This document shows positions 15,990 through 30,410 of a DNA stretch of 64,000 nt, piece by piece (positions within the stretch are counted from its first letter, which is position 1; every line of letters starts with the position of its first letter). The notes under the pieces are model-generated. The model made no database searches and had not been told where the DNA came from. It was given only the letters and a program-made list of their open reading frames with translations. The translations under genes were made by a program, and so were the position numbers. This DNA comes from the human T2T-CHM13v2.0 reference genome, Homo sapiens. The stretch spans positions 35,872,001-35,936,000 of the forward strand of contig CP068257.2 of the NCBI GenBank assembly GCA_009914755.4, in the 5' to 3' direction.

Positions 15990-16444
15990 TAGATTAGGCT
16001 TGGGAATGTTTTGTGTTTTCTTTATGAAGTGGGATTATTTTAAAGTGTTGATTAAATTTGTTAATAGAGTGGGGAGCAGTTACTTTACTTAAATCTGTTC
16101 TTTGTAGTTAGTAGTAAATTCATCTCCCCCAAAGCTCCAATATTTAGTTACGCATGTAATAAAATCTGCTTGGCAGTTGGAAATCTGTTTACTAACCAGC
16201 ATTTTAAATTACTTCTTAAATGGAATTTTTGTCCACATTGCTTGAGTTTTCCCCTACCTTAACCAGACTTCATTGTATTTTAGTTAAGTGGTGGACGAGA
16301 GAGAACCTGGTTTTAGTCAGAGAATATGAAGACTTTGTGATATACTTTCAAGTTAATATTAGAGATTTTGTATGTGTGTGTGTGAGTACTTTCAGTTTTA
16401 ATGGTATAGCTTCAGAGTATAAATTTGAACAAAATGAATTTTAA

Positions 16445-16687
<243 letters not shown>

Positions 16688-18671
16688 TGACCGTATCATT
16701 TACCCTAGAGGTTCATGACGTTCCTGTCTAAGGAAATGTAAGTATTTATCATAGAGAAGCACATTCTTGCAGTTTTCCTCCTCCTTGTCTAGAAGTGGCT
16801 AACACTTATTGGGGGCATAACAGTTGTTGTTTTGAACAGTTTTTTTCCTGTGTTTATCTCATTTACCAAAGCAGCGTTTTGAGCCTCATGCTTTTTTGAT
16901 TCCCATTTTACAGTGGAAACTGAGACTTCATGGGCTAAGTAAATTTCCCTGGGTCATGATCTGAATGACTCGACTCTGCTTCCTCCCATGATTTTTTAGC
17001 ATTTATAGTCCTGGATTCTGAATCAATTTCTGATTTGATTTTAGCCTTTTTGTTGTTGTTTTGTTTGTTTTCTGTTTTTAAACCTGTTGAAGAGGATCTA
17101 ATTAAGTACTTTTTCAAAATTGGAGTGAAGCAGATGGTGATGGTAAAAATATTTAAATAATCTAATAAAGTTGTAAGTTGGTTCATACCGAGTTTTGCGT
17201 GATGGTGTTTGAAGGTGAGAGGCCAGTGTAGTATTTGATGGATGAGTAAACTGCTGTTGATTAAGAGTGCTCTCCATTCTTGTGACTAGGGCAGCTGAAT
17301 GGTGCTGGAGAAAATCCCACATGCAGCTGTTTGTCAGCACTGTTAATACTCACCAACCTCTGCTGGGCAGTCTTACATGTTTTCCAAGTTGTCCCATCCT
17401 CTCCTATTCTCTTTAATAATAGTTTCAAACTTTTCTACTCTTAGAAACCTTTGCCCTCCCCTTCTCTGTTCTTACCCACTCTTTGCTTTGTAAGGAAAAG
17501 AGTCTTCAGACAGGAACTCTCTCCACTTTGTAACATTGAATACATGATCCTGCCTATGTGTGCACTGTCCACTTCTCCTCTACCCCTTTTTTGTTAGAAG
17601 CAGTGTGTTTCTTTCTGCCTAAGGCCAAGCCCACTCATTGCCCTGATCCCCTCTCTCCTGCCATCATGGGGGCTTTGCCCTTTGGTCTCCCTCAGCTCCG
17701 GTGTCTTCACTCTCTCCTCTTTTGGCTTTTTCTGTTGATCAGCATTTCCTCATCCTCAGGCCTCTCCCATCTTAAGCAGCACCTTTGCGTGTCCCCCTTT
17801 CTTTCCCTATACTTCTGCTACCTGTGGTCTTTGTCTCTTTACCCTGAAGACCTCTTTGCTTGTTCCACTTAGGTCCTGCCCTCCAACTCTCCTGCCGGTG
17901 TCAGCGGTGACCTTTATTCATGGGTCCAGTGGACACCCTAATGCTGTCTTTCTGCATTCTACAACTTCATTTGGCAGTGTTGACTTTTCCCCACTCTTTG
18001 AAACACTCACTGCTGGTTTCCTTGGCAGGATGTTCTTCTTTCCCTCCCCCCACCCCTTTTCTTTGCCCTTTCCTTCACTGTCTGTTTCGTTTTTTTTCTT
18101 CTACCCAGCACTGAAACCTGGGTGTTCCTCGAGGCATGACCTGTGTCCCTTCCCTACTCCGCTTAATGTTTCCTGGATGATTTCAGCCACACCTGCCAGG
18201 GCCTGCAGTCACCATCCTCATGCTAGTTGCTCCTAAGTCTTGACTTCTGACTTAGACTTCACTTCTGAACCCCTGGGGCCTTTCTAATTGTTTACTATAA
18301 ATGTCACCTTGAAAGTCTCAACAATATGTGCACACACAGCACATAAACTGAAGTCATCATTTTCACTTCCTTCCCAACGCTTCTACTTTTGCCATTCTTT
18401 GTAAAAATGGCCCTAAATTTACCCATTTGCTCAAGTTGTAAATTTGGGGGCACTCCTCTCTCCCTCTTTCCCCACACTGAATCAGACAGTAAATTATCTG
18501 GATTCACCACATCTTAATACGTTTTTATTCTCCACCTTTCACTTTACCTCATTGTTATGACTTGTCTTATTAGAATGGAGTGTCTCATTCCATTCACCTG
18601 TCAGCACCATTCTCTTCCCTGCAGCCAAGTGAGCTTTCACTAAAGTGGTCTGTTCTTGCTATTTTCCCTAC

Positions 18672-18969
18672 TTTTTTTCTCCCCTGCTGAGACGGAGTCT
18701 TGCTCTGTCGCCCAGGCTGGGGTGGAATGGAACAATCTCTGCTCATTGCAACTTCCGCCTCCCTGGTTCAAGCGAGTCTCCTGCCTCAGCCTCCTGAGTA
18801 GCTGGGATTACAGACGCACATCACCATGCTGGCTAATTTTTGTATTTGTAGTAGAGACGGGGTTTTGCCACGTTGGCCAGGCTGGTCATGAACTCCCGAC
18901 CTCAGGTTATCTGGCCATCTCGGCCTCCCAAAGTGTGGGGATTACAGGCATGAGCCACTGCACCTGGCC
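18672..18969 (-). mobile_element. Alu SINE, antisense.
   Basis: It runs from gagacggagtcttgctctgtcgcccaggctgg to ggcatgagccactgcacctggcc. Confidence 0.85.
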
Positions 18970-19842
18970 TGTTTTCCTTACTTTAAACCAGTTTTGACTT
19001 GCCCTTCTACCTGAAGTGAAATGTAGACTTATTATCAAGGCGTCGGTGCTTTCCAGGATCTGGTCCCCACCGAGGCCATTCTTTCTCCTCTTCACTCACC
19101 CTAGTCACACTAATTCATTTTTCACTTTGTGTAATATGCCACATTCTCTCTTACTTTTCTTACATTTCCTGTGCTCTCAGCCTGGAACACTCTTTTCCTC
19201 CTCCTTTTGTTTTGGTAACTACTATTTATGCTTCAGGTCTTAAGTATCACTACTCCCAGGGGCTCTCTCTAAATCTTTAGACCATCCGCCTGTCTTGTCT
19301 TCTTCCCTTTCTTTCTTCCAGATCTATTCCATACCGCAAACACATACAAGAGTAGCATAAGACACCGCGTTCTTCCCACCTGGATTTCACAGAGGTCAAG
19401 ATTTTGCTTCAAATCCTTTTTTGTTACTTAATTTTTGAGTGGTTGATATAGTCACATGGTTTTAAAAATAAGTAAATATAAAAGGGAATTCAGCGAAAGG
19501 TTTTCCTTCCTTCCATGCCTTCTAGCCCCTCAATTTCTAAACCAGTGTTATTAGTTTATTAGTTTTTTGTATACTTTTTGAGATATTTTATACATATTCA
19601 AGCAAATACAAATACATATTCTTCATCCACCCTTTGTACACAAATAGTACCATACCAGGCAAACGCTTTCAGAACATCTTGGTTTTTCTAGTCTTGACAT
19701 ATATTTTGGAGCACTTTCTGTATATCAGTAAATAGAGAGCTTTTTCATTCTTTTATTTATTTGCACAGTATCCCGTTGTTTAGATATTCCATAAGTCTTT
19801 TCACCATTCCCCTATTGTTTGTTTATTCATTTTTAAATTTAT

Positions 19843-20110
19843 TTTTAGAGCTAGGGTCTTGCTCTTTAGCCCAGGCTGGAGTGCACTCGTGTCATCACAG
19901 CTCACTGCAGCCTTGAGCACCTGGGCTCAAGTGATCCTCCCACCCCAGCCTCCTGAGTAACTAGGCCTATGATTGTGTCCCAGCACACCCTGCAGTGAGG
20001 TCTCACTATGTTTCTCAGGCTGGTCTTGAACTCCTGGGCTGAAGTGATCCTCCCACCTCAGCCTTCCAAACTGCTGGGATTACCGATGTGAGCCGTCTTG
20101 GCCACCGGTC
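19843..20110 (-). mobile_element. Alu SINE, antisense, older (FLAM/AluJ-like).
   Basis: It runs from tttttagagctagggtcttgctctttagcccaggctggagtgcac to gctgggattaccgatgtgagcc. Confidence 0.75.
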
Positions 20111-20190
20111 CCCTATTTATTAATGGACATTTAGTTCATTTCCAACCTTTTTTACTATTTACAAATGGTAGTTTAATAAATAACCCTGTA

Positions 20191-20509
20191 CGGTAGTGTC
20201 CCTTCTTATCCACAGTTCCAGTTATTCAGTCAGTCACGGTCCAAAAATATAAAGTGGAAAATTTCAGAAGCAATTCGTAAGTTTTAAATTCTGTTATGAG
20301 TAGCACGATGAAATCTCATGCTGTCCCACCCTGGGCATGACTCATCCCTTCGTCTAGCATGTCCACACAGTAGATAAGTTACTTTGCTTTGTAGCCATCT
20401 AGATTATCAGATCAAAAAACATAGTATATAGAGGGTTTAGTCCTCTGCAGTTTCAGGCATCCAGTGGGGATCTTGGACTGTATCTCTTGTGGATAAGGAG
20501 GCACCACTG
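20191..20509. mobile_element. Tigger3/MER44-type non-autonomous DNA transposon (about 320 bp) with roughly 28-bp terminal inverted repeats and a TA target-site duplication.
   Basis: The left end is CGGTAGTGTCCCTTCTTATCCACAG and the right end is CTTGTGGATAAGGAGGCACCACTG, its inverted complement. A TA is present at 20189-20190 and again at 20510-20511. The internal sequence ...ccaaaaatataaagtggaaaatttcagaagcaattcgtaagttttaaattc... resembles the MER44 consensus as I recall it. Confidence 0.6.
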
Positions 20510-22209
20510 TACATGTCTCATTCACACATAGACATTTTATCTGTGATATAAATTCCTGAAAGCAGAATGACTGTTTCAAAGGGTAATGTGATTTATAATT
20601 TTGATAACTATTGCCAGATTGCCCCCCATGTGATTTTCTAATCCAGTAACTTGATTAACTTCATATAAAAACCATATAGTATTTTCTGAGAACTCACTGC
20701 CAGCTTTTCTACTGATTGTTTTCAGTAGTATCTCTTAAAAGTTTGGTTCTCAGACCACCTTTGTTGAATAAACCCTTAACAATTTGTGCCAGCCACTGGA
20801 TAGAGACTGAGCCTTTTGCCTTCCTAGAGCTTACAGTGACACAAGTAAATAAAATGAACATGAAGAAAAATGGCAAGTAGCATTAGCTGTTAAAAAGAAA
20901 ATAAGGATAATTTGGTAGAGAAAGACTGTTTGTTGGATAGGATGTATTAATTAGAATAGGCCAAACTCTGATATAACAGACCCCCAAAATATGGTAGCTT
21001 AAAGAGTACCAAGTTTCCTTCATTTTTGTGCAACAGTCCAGAATAGGTGTTCAGGTTAGTGGCTAGGCCGTCTTCCAGGTCCTGATCTCCTACCATCTTG
21101 TGGTTCCACCTTGCCCTAGGGCCTACTTGTCTACTGTGTCCAGCAGGCAGAAGGACTTGGGAGGTATTATCTTGTGTGCCAGGCTAGCAGTGACACAAGC
21201 TTTCATTCACATTCCATTGACAGCTTAGACATATGGCCATCAGTAAGTACAAGGGAGGCTGGGAAGTGTTGTGTAGCCATGTGCTCAGGAACGAGAAGAA
21301 TATTGTGCACAACCAGTAGCTTCTGCCACAGTTGTTGAGGCAGCATCAGCCAGAGTGGTCAGGGAAGGCTCTGGAACTGAAGCGATGAAAAAGAGACATC
21401 CAAGCAATAAGAAAATCCAAGAAATAACATTTCTAGGCAGAAGGGAGCAGCGTGTTACTAGTACACTGAGGCATTTGAGAGATTTTGACCCAGGGGAGGA
21501 ATGGAAGGCAGGTCTTCTTTGTTTGGAACTCAGGTAGCCAGGGATAGGATGGGTGGAGAAAGAGGTTAGAGAAGTGGGCATTGGCCAGATGATGCAGATC
21601 GTTGTATCCATTTGGGTTTATTTTGTTTTTCTAAGTGCAGTGAGAAGTCATTAAAGGATTTTAAATAGGGAAGTGATTGGATTTGTGTTAAGAAAAGATT
21701 GTTCCTGCTACCCTTTGGAGAAGGGCAAGGATGGAAACAAGGAGTTCATTTAAGGGGCTGTTGTGTTAGCGTAGGCAAGAGATGATGGGGATGAAGAGAA
21801 GAGGCCAAATTTGGAATCTGTTTCACAGGTAGACTCATAAGTTCTTGCTCATGGGTTGGACAGAGGCATTGTTGAGCAGCTAGGTAGATAGTAGTCCTTT
21901 ATTGAAAGAAGAAAGATGGAGAGAGGAAGGACATGAGGGAAAAGTAAAGACTTCCTTTTGGACCTGCCCAGAATACTGTCCAGCCCTTTTCAGGAAATAT
22001 TTGCTGACCCCTGGCATAAACAGGGCTCCCAAGGAAGGACAGTGGCTAGTGAAATAGATGAACCTATTTAAGGATATAACTTCCTAAAAATTGCAGCTTT
22101 CATGATGAAATTTTTTGCCCTTGAATGTATTTGGGATTTTGTGTTATAAAACTGTCTTAACACATTAAAAGTTTCAAAAACCGTTTCCCCCTGATTAATA
22201 TGATGCTAG

Positions 22210-22914
<705 letters not shown>

Positions 22915-25119
22915 CTACATTGAAACTTGAGTTTGTTTCTTGTGTGTTTTTATAGAAGTGGTGTTTTTTTTCCAAAAACAAAGTGCAAAGCTGCTTGAAT
23001 CAGGAGGAGATTAACACACTGAACCGCTACAAGAGGGCAAAGCTGATTTTTTTTTTAACTTGAAAAGATTGCAAAGGGACATTGAAGTGTTTAAAAGAGC
23101 CATGTCCAAACCCATCTTCATGGATAGCTCAGAGGTATCCTCTTTTTGCTCCCCCATTTTAACTTGCCACATCCCAGTCACAGTGGGGTTTTTTTGTCTT
23201 TCTATTCAGCAAAAGTTAATATTCAGATGTTGGTCTTGGTCATTTGCCAACTAATTTTAAAGTAAAAGGCACTGCACATAATTTGCATAAAGGGCCCCAT
23301 GAGGGTGTTTTTTTTTTCTTTTTGTCCCCCCCATCCCCCTTTTTTTTTGTTTTGTTCTGTTTTGTTTTGGGTGGGAGGGTGGGAAATTTGGGTTTTTAAG
23401 TCCTCTAAACACACTTGGGCACGGAAATGCAGTACTGTAAGGAAGAGGGACCTCCAGCTTCCACAAACACCATCTTCAGCTGTATGAAAGGGACGGTTGT
23501 GGTGAAGTTTGTCAGGCACAGTAAGCATGCTGAGTGGCGGGGATCAGAACTCTCCTATCTGAACCTACTGAGGAGCAAAGCAGTAATTACATGGGATCCT
23601 GTGGCTCTCCCGTTGCAGAGGCCACAGGAAGATAGGATGGAACGTGACTGGTCTCCTAACCAAGGTGCACTGAGAAGCAATCAACGGGTCGGTCGTGGCC
23701 AGTCCTGGGGAGGTCTGAGTGGTGGTCTTTGGGATAACCTTTGGCCTTATGGATTTGGACTCGAAATTAGAAGAGCCTACCATTTCAGATGCAATCACTT
23801 TTGGACATGCTTTTGCAGACAGTCCTTAATGCTGAAAACACAGAGAATGGGTAATTCAAGAGGCCTTTCTTTTAAAATAGACTTTTGTGACCCACTAATT
23901 GTAAGGTATTGCAAGGTCACTTTGCGTGTGTCATAAAGTTGACTTCCTTATTGGTTGAAGGTCACAGAAGTAGTGGTTTGCTTTGATGGAAATAGCTACA
24001 GCTGTGTCCCTTCCTGCTTTTTACTTTTTCTTTTGCTTTTTCTCGGCACGTGGTATCTCCACCATTTCTTCTGCACAAAGATGTCTTCTGTTCATCCTGA
24101 ACATTTTTAAAAAATGCAGAATTTTATGTGACTGCTTTTTTGCCTCACAATTATGCTGTGAATTTTACAAAAATTTATTTTCTTTTTTGATAATTTATTG
24201 TACCAAAGCTGTTTTTATAGCACATAGATGTCTGTAACCAATAATGTAGCAGTTCTGCACTTTGACACAAGGTGTAACTAGACCATTTTTAAATGTCAGT
24301 TGAAAATTATGGCTGTACTATTGCTTAAACAAAACTGGAACTGTTGTTGAATCCATAGCCAATACATTTACAGCAATCTGTGTACTGAACATAGTAGATT
24401 GACATCTAATTCAAGATTACAACATCTGTTACATTCTAAGTGTGTTCAGGCTTCTGAAGGTAAAGGGACACTGGATCCAGAAGCTATGGAACCAGCAGTT
24501 GATTCTTGTATTCCTGATTAACCTACTTGTAAACTTGAAAGCAAGACCTTGATTGCACCAACAGGTCCAGAGTATGAGTGCAAGCAAAGCAGAACTCTCA
24601 TGCGTGACCTGAGCAGACAGGCTGGTATTTAACAGGTGCCTCGTGTTGAGATTACGCTGCCTTAATGTAACACAGTCTGGCAGTTGCTAAATTTGTGTTC
24701 CCATTTTAAATTGACCAATTTTGGGGTGTGACACTTTTGAGCGGTTGAATTGGGAGAATGAAGATAAGTAATTTACCTGTCCAGGATCAAAAGAAGCCTA
24801 GAAAAGAAGCAGTAATCTACCTCTGCCGATAACCTGTTTAAGATGACTCAGCAGAACACCGCGTTTCATTCTATTGGTCAATTCCATGTGGCTGACTAGG
24901 TCAATTTTTTTTCTGAACAAAAGCAGGTTTTTATATGTAAACAGTGAGAAAAGAAAGGCTAAACACTATGTAAATGTGAATGGAAACTTGGAAATACTCG
25001 TTTTTATAAACTACAAAAACTTTTTGTTGTTTATCAGGAAATCCATATTTATTTTGTAATTAACTGTCAAGCCTGTGGATGATTTTTTTGAACTTGGTAG
25101 TTCATAAAGGTTTACAGTG

Positions 25120-25125
25120 AATAAA
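25120..25125 (+). promoter_or_regulatory. DYRK1A: Candidate polyadenylation signal AATAAA (proximal).
   Basis: The AATAAA hexamer is followed by a U/GU-rich stretch (tgctgtttagg) about 40-60 nt downstream. Confidence 0.3.
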
Positions 25126-25629
25126 AGGATATCATCTTGAGTATAGCAATATCAAAAGGAATTCAGTAGTTACTGCTGTTTAGGAATATAAGGTTAAGAT
25201 ATCATATGGGTCAGGTCATTTTTTTTTTCTGTGCTGGTTGCCACATCTTAGCAAGCACCAAAAAACTAAAGCAGTTTTTAAACCGATATTTACGTAAAGA
25301 AAATCATAAAATCCAATGCTTCTGCATACTGTGTTATGTTACAGTCCAGTTTTGTGTGCTTTACTACACAGTTTGGTTACAGGACTTCTGTGCATTGTAA
25401 ACATAAACAGCATGGAAAAGGTTAAATACCTGTGTTCAGATTGTAAGATCTAGTCCGGACTTGCTGTGTATATTGTAACGTTAAATGAAAAAAGAACCCC
25501 CCTTTGTATTATAGTCATGCGGTCTTATGTATGATAAACAGTTGAATAATTTGTCCTCAGACTCTTTACTATGCTTTTTTAAAAATTAATTTAAGAAAAA
25601 TGTAAACATAGTAAAAATCTTCCTATGCA

Positions 25630-25635
25630 ATTAAA
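25630..25635 (+). promoter_or_regulatory. DYRK1A: Candidate polyadenylation signal ATTAAA (distal).
   Basis: The ATTAAA hexamer is followed immediately by a GT-rich tract (ggtccaggtctggtaggtatagt). Confidence 0.3.
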
Positions 25636-28285
25636 CTGGTCCAGGTCTGGTAGGTATAGTATCAAAGTTGAGTTAAATGTGTAAAAAGGAAACTATTTGA
25701 GATACATTGACATAGGCATCAGCAATCTCTGAAAGTAAAAATTGGAGGTTTAACAGATCATTTTGATTTTTCACATTGATTTTTTTATTTGAATGTTTAC
25801 ATAATTTTGTGATTCAAAATGCTCATATTTTAGTTGGTAGCATTTCGACTGGATGTGAGGGTCTGATGGTTTTCTCTGATATGCTTTGACGTGCTTGGAT
25901 GAAGGAAGGAATACGAATACTCATTCTTCCTTCCCTAACTCCTCGTACGGGGCCATATCAGAATTCTAGAATTCTTGCCACTGTGATTCAATTGCTAACC
26001 TAAAGTCTTCTCTTTTTACAAATTCACCTGCTTCAGTATATATTAAGGTGGCTTTCGAGAGGCAAGATGCTTATTTAAAAGTTAAGCGTGAATCTGTAAA
26101 ATTAAGGTTGGTTGCGTAAAGTTGAAGTTAACCACATGTAAGAAAGGAAAACTTCCATTAGTTTTCTTCTTAGGGTGTGAGAATTTTACCTAGGCACATG
26201 GATATTGGGCTGAAAAAAAAAAACCGACATTTTTATTTAAAACTACATGTAAAAAATCATGAAGGATTCAGTAATTATGTTAGGCTCACAAGTGACCATT
26301 GAGTTTGCCCCTGTACTGCTTCCCAGCTTTTGTGGTGTTGAACTTTTCTGTTCTTCCAATAGGGAGATACATAATCAAAATACACACGAAGACGAGATAG
26401 CAGGCACTCAGTTCTAGGCCAGTTTCTCAGTTTCCTTTGGGCCTGCCTTTATTTTGATAGTCGCAGAATGCAGGTTCAGATGCGATCCGGTGCATTCTGG
26501 GTGGTATCCCCATAGACAGAATACAAGTTCAAGACTCATTTTTATGTCCATTTTTATAGTGGTAGACTGTATGTAATAGACCAGATGGTTCATTCCAAAT
26601 ACATGACTTGGTCTTACTGCTATATATGAAGGAAGTTTGAAAATGTAATGGGGACAAAAGCCGTGCGTGACTTCGGTATACCCAGACTTCATTCAGATTT
26701 CTTAAAAATCTGCTAGGGATGTCTGTTGACCAGACGTTGGAAAACCTTTGGTGTCAGGGAGAGTAGAGGAGAAGTTCTGATTTTCATAACCCTGGTTTCT
26801 TATCTAGGCCTGTTTCCTTGCGTGAAAACATACATCACCAAGTAATTTGTAGTACAAAGAACAAGAGAAGAAACCCTAAGAAGATAGCTTATTTGTTATC
26901 CTCCCTTTTAATGACTAACCTTAATCCAAATGAATCCACTGAGAACCAGCCTGTGGATGCCTACTGGGCTTTCACCCTGGACCAGGAATTTTTGACGTAT
27001 GCCTGTGTTGAAGGCACTGGATGCTTGTTTTGTGGAAGACATGTTCATTGAGGTAAGTGGCTCATCGCTTGGTGTGTTTGGCTCTCTTTGGCATTATGCA
27101 TAGCCAAGGTCCCAGATTTTGGCTGCTCTCAGTGGGTGTTCTTGCATCAGAACTTTAAAAAAAATAACACTACCTTAACACTGAGACTGTCAGGTATTTG
27201 TCAGTATTTATTTCTAATTTCCTACTTTAAATCTTAGGAGACAAAGTGTTTCTCCAACTGGACGCTGATTTGAAACACAACTAGAATGCTACAGGTCTCT
27301 CTTCCAGTATGCAGCTGCTGTACCTGAAAATTTTTCCCCATAATTTCCCATCTTTAGGGTATGTCCCTGTTATCAGGTGTGGAATTAATGTGGGTAAATT
27401 TCCATTTCAGTTGAATTTCCTGTCATCCCCAGCAAAACCTGTGAATCCTTCTTCAAAGCATAGAGGAGGCAGAGACAAGTCTTAAACCGGCTTCCCTTCG
27501 CTTTTACCAGGTAGCCTGGTTCAGTCCCAGCTGGGTCCTGAAGGAGCACAGTACTAGAGCCTGAGTCATGTTGACTATTAATAAAGTGCATTAAGTTTGG
27601 GTCAGGCAAAGTGGTGGCAAAAGTTCATGATGCAGGACAGAGGAAACAAGTGGACAAGACAAGTGGAGCCCAGCTCTGTTCGCATGGGAGGCCGGGCGAT
27701 GCTGGCATGGGTGTGGTTGGCCGAGTTCTCATAGCTAGAGAAAGGCCGTGTAGGTATAAGTGCTTAATGTTTCATCTGTCTGAAAGACCAGCTATTTGAT
27801 AATCTTCCCGATTAAATTTCTAAAATTGCTACTTTGGGAATTTTTTTCTTTATTCTTGTAAAGTTTTGCTTCCATTATATACTCATTCATTAGTCAGTGT
27901 ACTTGCCCCTGAATTCCATATCTGAAACTGCAGTCACGGGAGATTCAGAGCCAAGGGCAAAATAAAGTGGCAGGCACTGGGTGTGTGTGGTAGTTCTGCA
28001 CTAGGGTGGCCAGGAAGCAGCCAAGCAGGTGTGCCGGGCAGGGAGTTGTTAATGAACACCCAGGCAAGAGGACGGGCCTGAGCCTGAGTGTGGCCAGCAG
28101 AAAGTGTTGAGTTGCTTAAAAGAGACCCTGGGAGGATGAATTTGGAATCATCATCCACTCACTGTTGGACAGAAAGACTGCAGAGAAGGGCACTGCTGGG
28201 GTGGGGTTTGTTAACTCCCTCTGAAATGAAAGAAAATACCTCTAGTGGCATGAAACGGCTAAGTTTTTTTTAATGTTACTTCTTT

Positions 28286-28526
28286 AATTTTAGAGACGGT
28301 GTCTGGCTTTGTCACGCAAGCTGGAGTTTGGTGGTGTGATTGCAGCTCACTGCAGCCTTAAACAACTGGGCTAGGTGATCCTCCCATCTCAGCCTCCCAA
28401 GTAGCTGGGACTACCTGTGCACACCACCATGCCTGGCTGTTTTTAATACGGGGTTTTGCTGAGTTGCTCAGGCGCTCCTCAAACTGCTGGCCTCAAGTGA
28501 TCCTCCAGCCTGGGCCTCTCAAACAT
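28286..28526 (-). mobile_element. Alu SINE, antisense, truncated at its Alu 5' end. A separate 29-bp sense Alu 5' fragment follows at 28532-28560.
   Basis: An Alu body runs tttagagacggtgtctggctttgtcacgcaagctggag ... gatcctccagcctgggcctctcaaac. It is followed by ggctgggcgtggtggctcacgtctgtaaa and then unrelated sequence. Confidence 0.7.
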
Positions 28527-28986
28527 AAATAGGCTGGGCGTGGTGGCTCACGTCTGTAAAGATTTAAAGCGGAAAAGCGGAATGCAGTGAAATAGCATGA
28601 GAAAGAGCGTTTTTATGTACATCACAGACAAGCCTTGTTCTGCTGAAGAGGTGATGCCACGAGGTGGGGAGGAGCTCACTTCAGGCACCACTCCCACTTC
28701 CATTGCCCGCAAATCCAGGAAAGAAATGACTAATGAACTCTAGTGATCGCAAACTGCTCAATCGGTACTCATCAATTTAAAATGACTGTCCAGCCTTGCT
28801 GCACACTAAACTCATCTGTAGAACTTTATAAAACCACGGATGACCATCACACTAGCAGGATTTTAGATTCAGAGTTGGGGTGGGGCCTGGAGCTCTGTTT
28901 TCTGAAACTTTGCGGGCCATTCTGAACCTGCAGCCAGGCAGGACTCTGGCAAGAAGAGGCGTGTGGCTAATATGACGGAAGTCTGA

Positions 28987-29352
<366 letters not shown>

Positions 29353-30041
29353 TAAAATTTTCAATTTATGGTGCATTACAAAATGTTATAAACAAGCCTC
29401 CGGGAAAGGCAGAAATTGCCAGATGTAAGTATATAAAACTTACACAGTTTGTTCCTTTTTGTTGTCTTCCCTTGTGGAGATGGGTCAGTGTAACATCCTA
29501 TTCATTAATAGCTCTCAGATGTCCCATGAGAATGGCACATGTTATTTCCCAACAGTGGGAATGGAATTAGTTCCTTTATATCTCAGTCTCATCTGGTCTT
29601 GTAAGCCGGTGAAGGGTTTCCCAGGGCACCAGCCACCAGCTCTGTATAGTAGTTACAGTTTCCCTCTCTAGAATCCCAAAGAGGTTCAGATCCCACTGCT
29701 CCTCTCATTGGCTTCGTGACCCTGGGTACGCTGCTCAACTTGCGCAAGGATTACTGTCCGCTTTGTACAATGGAGATACCTATAGTGTCCACTTAGGAGA
29801 TGCTGTGCATGCCTCAGTGAGGTAATGTCCGCAGAAAGCACAATGCCTAGTATGTAGAAAGTGTCCGATAAATATAATATGCGGCTAAACAGCGGAGTCC
29901 ACAGCCTGAATGGAACTTCTTTTTCTACGTAAATACAGCAAACAATGCAGGGAAATGAGGTGGACAGTGTTCTCCGTGGAGGGCTAAACAGCATTGCTTT
30001 CCAGCTGACTTTTATTTTTGGAGTCTGGGACTAGGTGTTAA

Positions 30042-30410
<369 letters not shown>

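Larger units (their letters stand above)
22915..25655 (+). other. DYRK1A: DYRK1A 3' untranslated region, continuous with the last coding exon. The 3' end is uncertain: either about 25145 or about 25655.
   Basis: The sequence is unique and repeat-free with T-rich, G-rich and AU-rich stretches typical of a long UTR. No splice donor is evident, and the first strong polyadenylation hexamers downstream of the stop are at 25120 and 25630. From memory the DYRK1A mRNA is 5-6 kb, so a UTR of more than 2 kb is expected. Confidence 0.5.

Noticed and set aside
17380-18240. Extended pyrimidine-rich (CT-rich) stretch in the last intron, carrying ORFs of 104-126 aa.
   Set aside because: This is low-complexity polypyrimidine sequence. 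The ORFs are artefacts of having no purine-rich stop codons. It is possibly an old MIR or L2 remnant, but I cannot support a specific call.
23415-23936. 173-aa ORF on the + strand inside the DYRK1A 3'UTR.
   Set aside because: It lies downstream of the genuine stop codon. It has no recognisable domains and its peptide is low-complexity. Chance ORFs are common in a long UTR.
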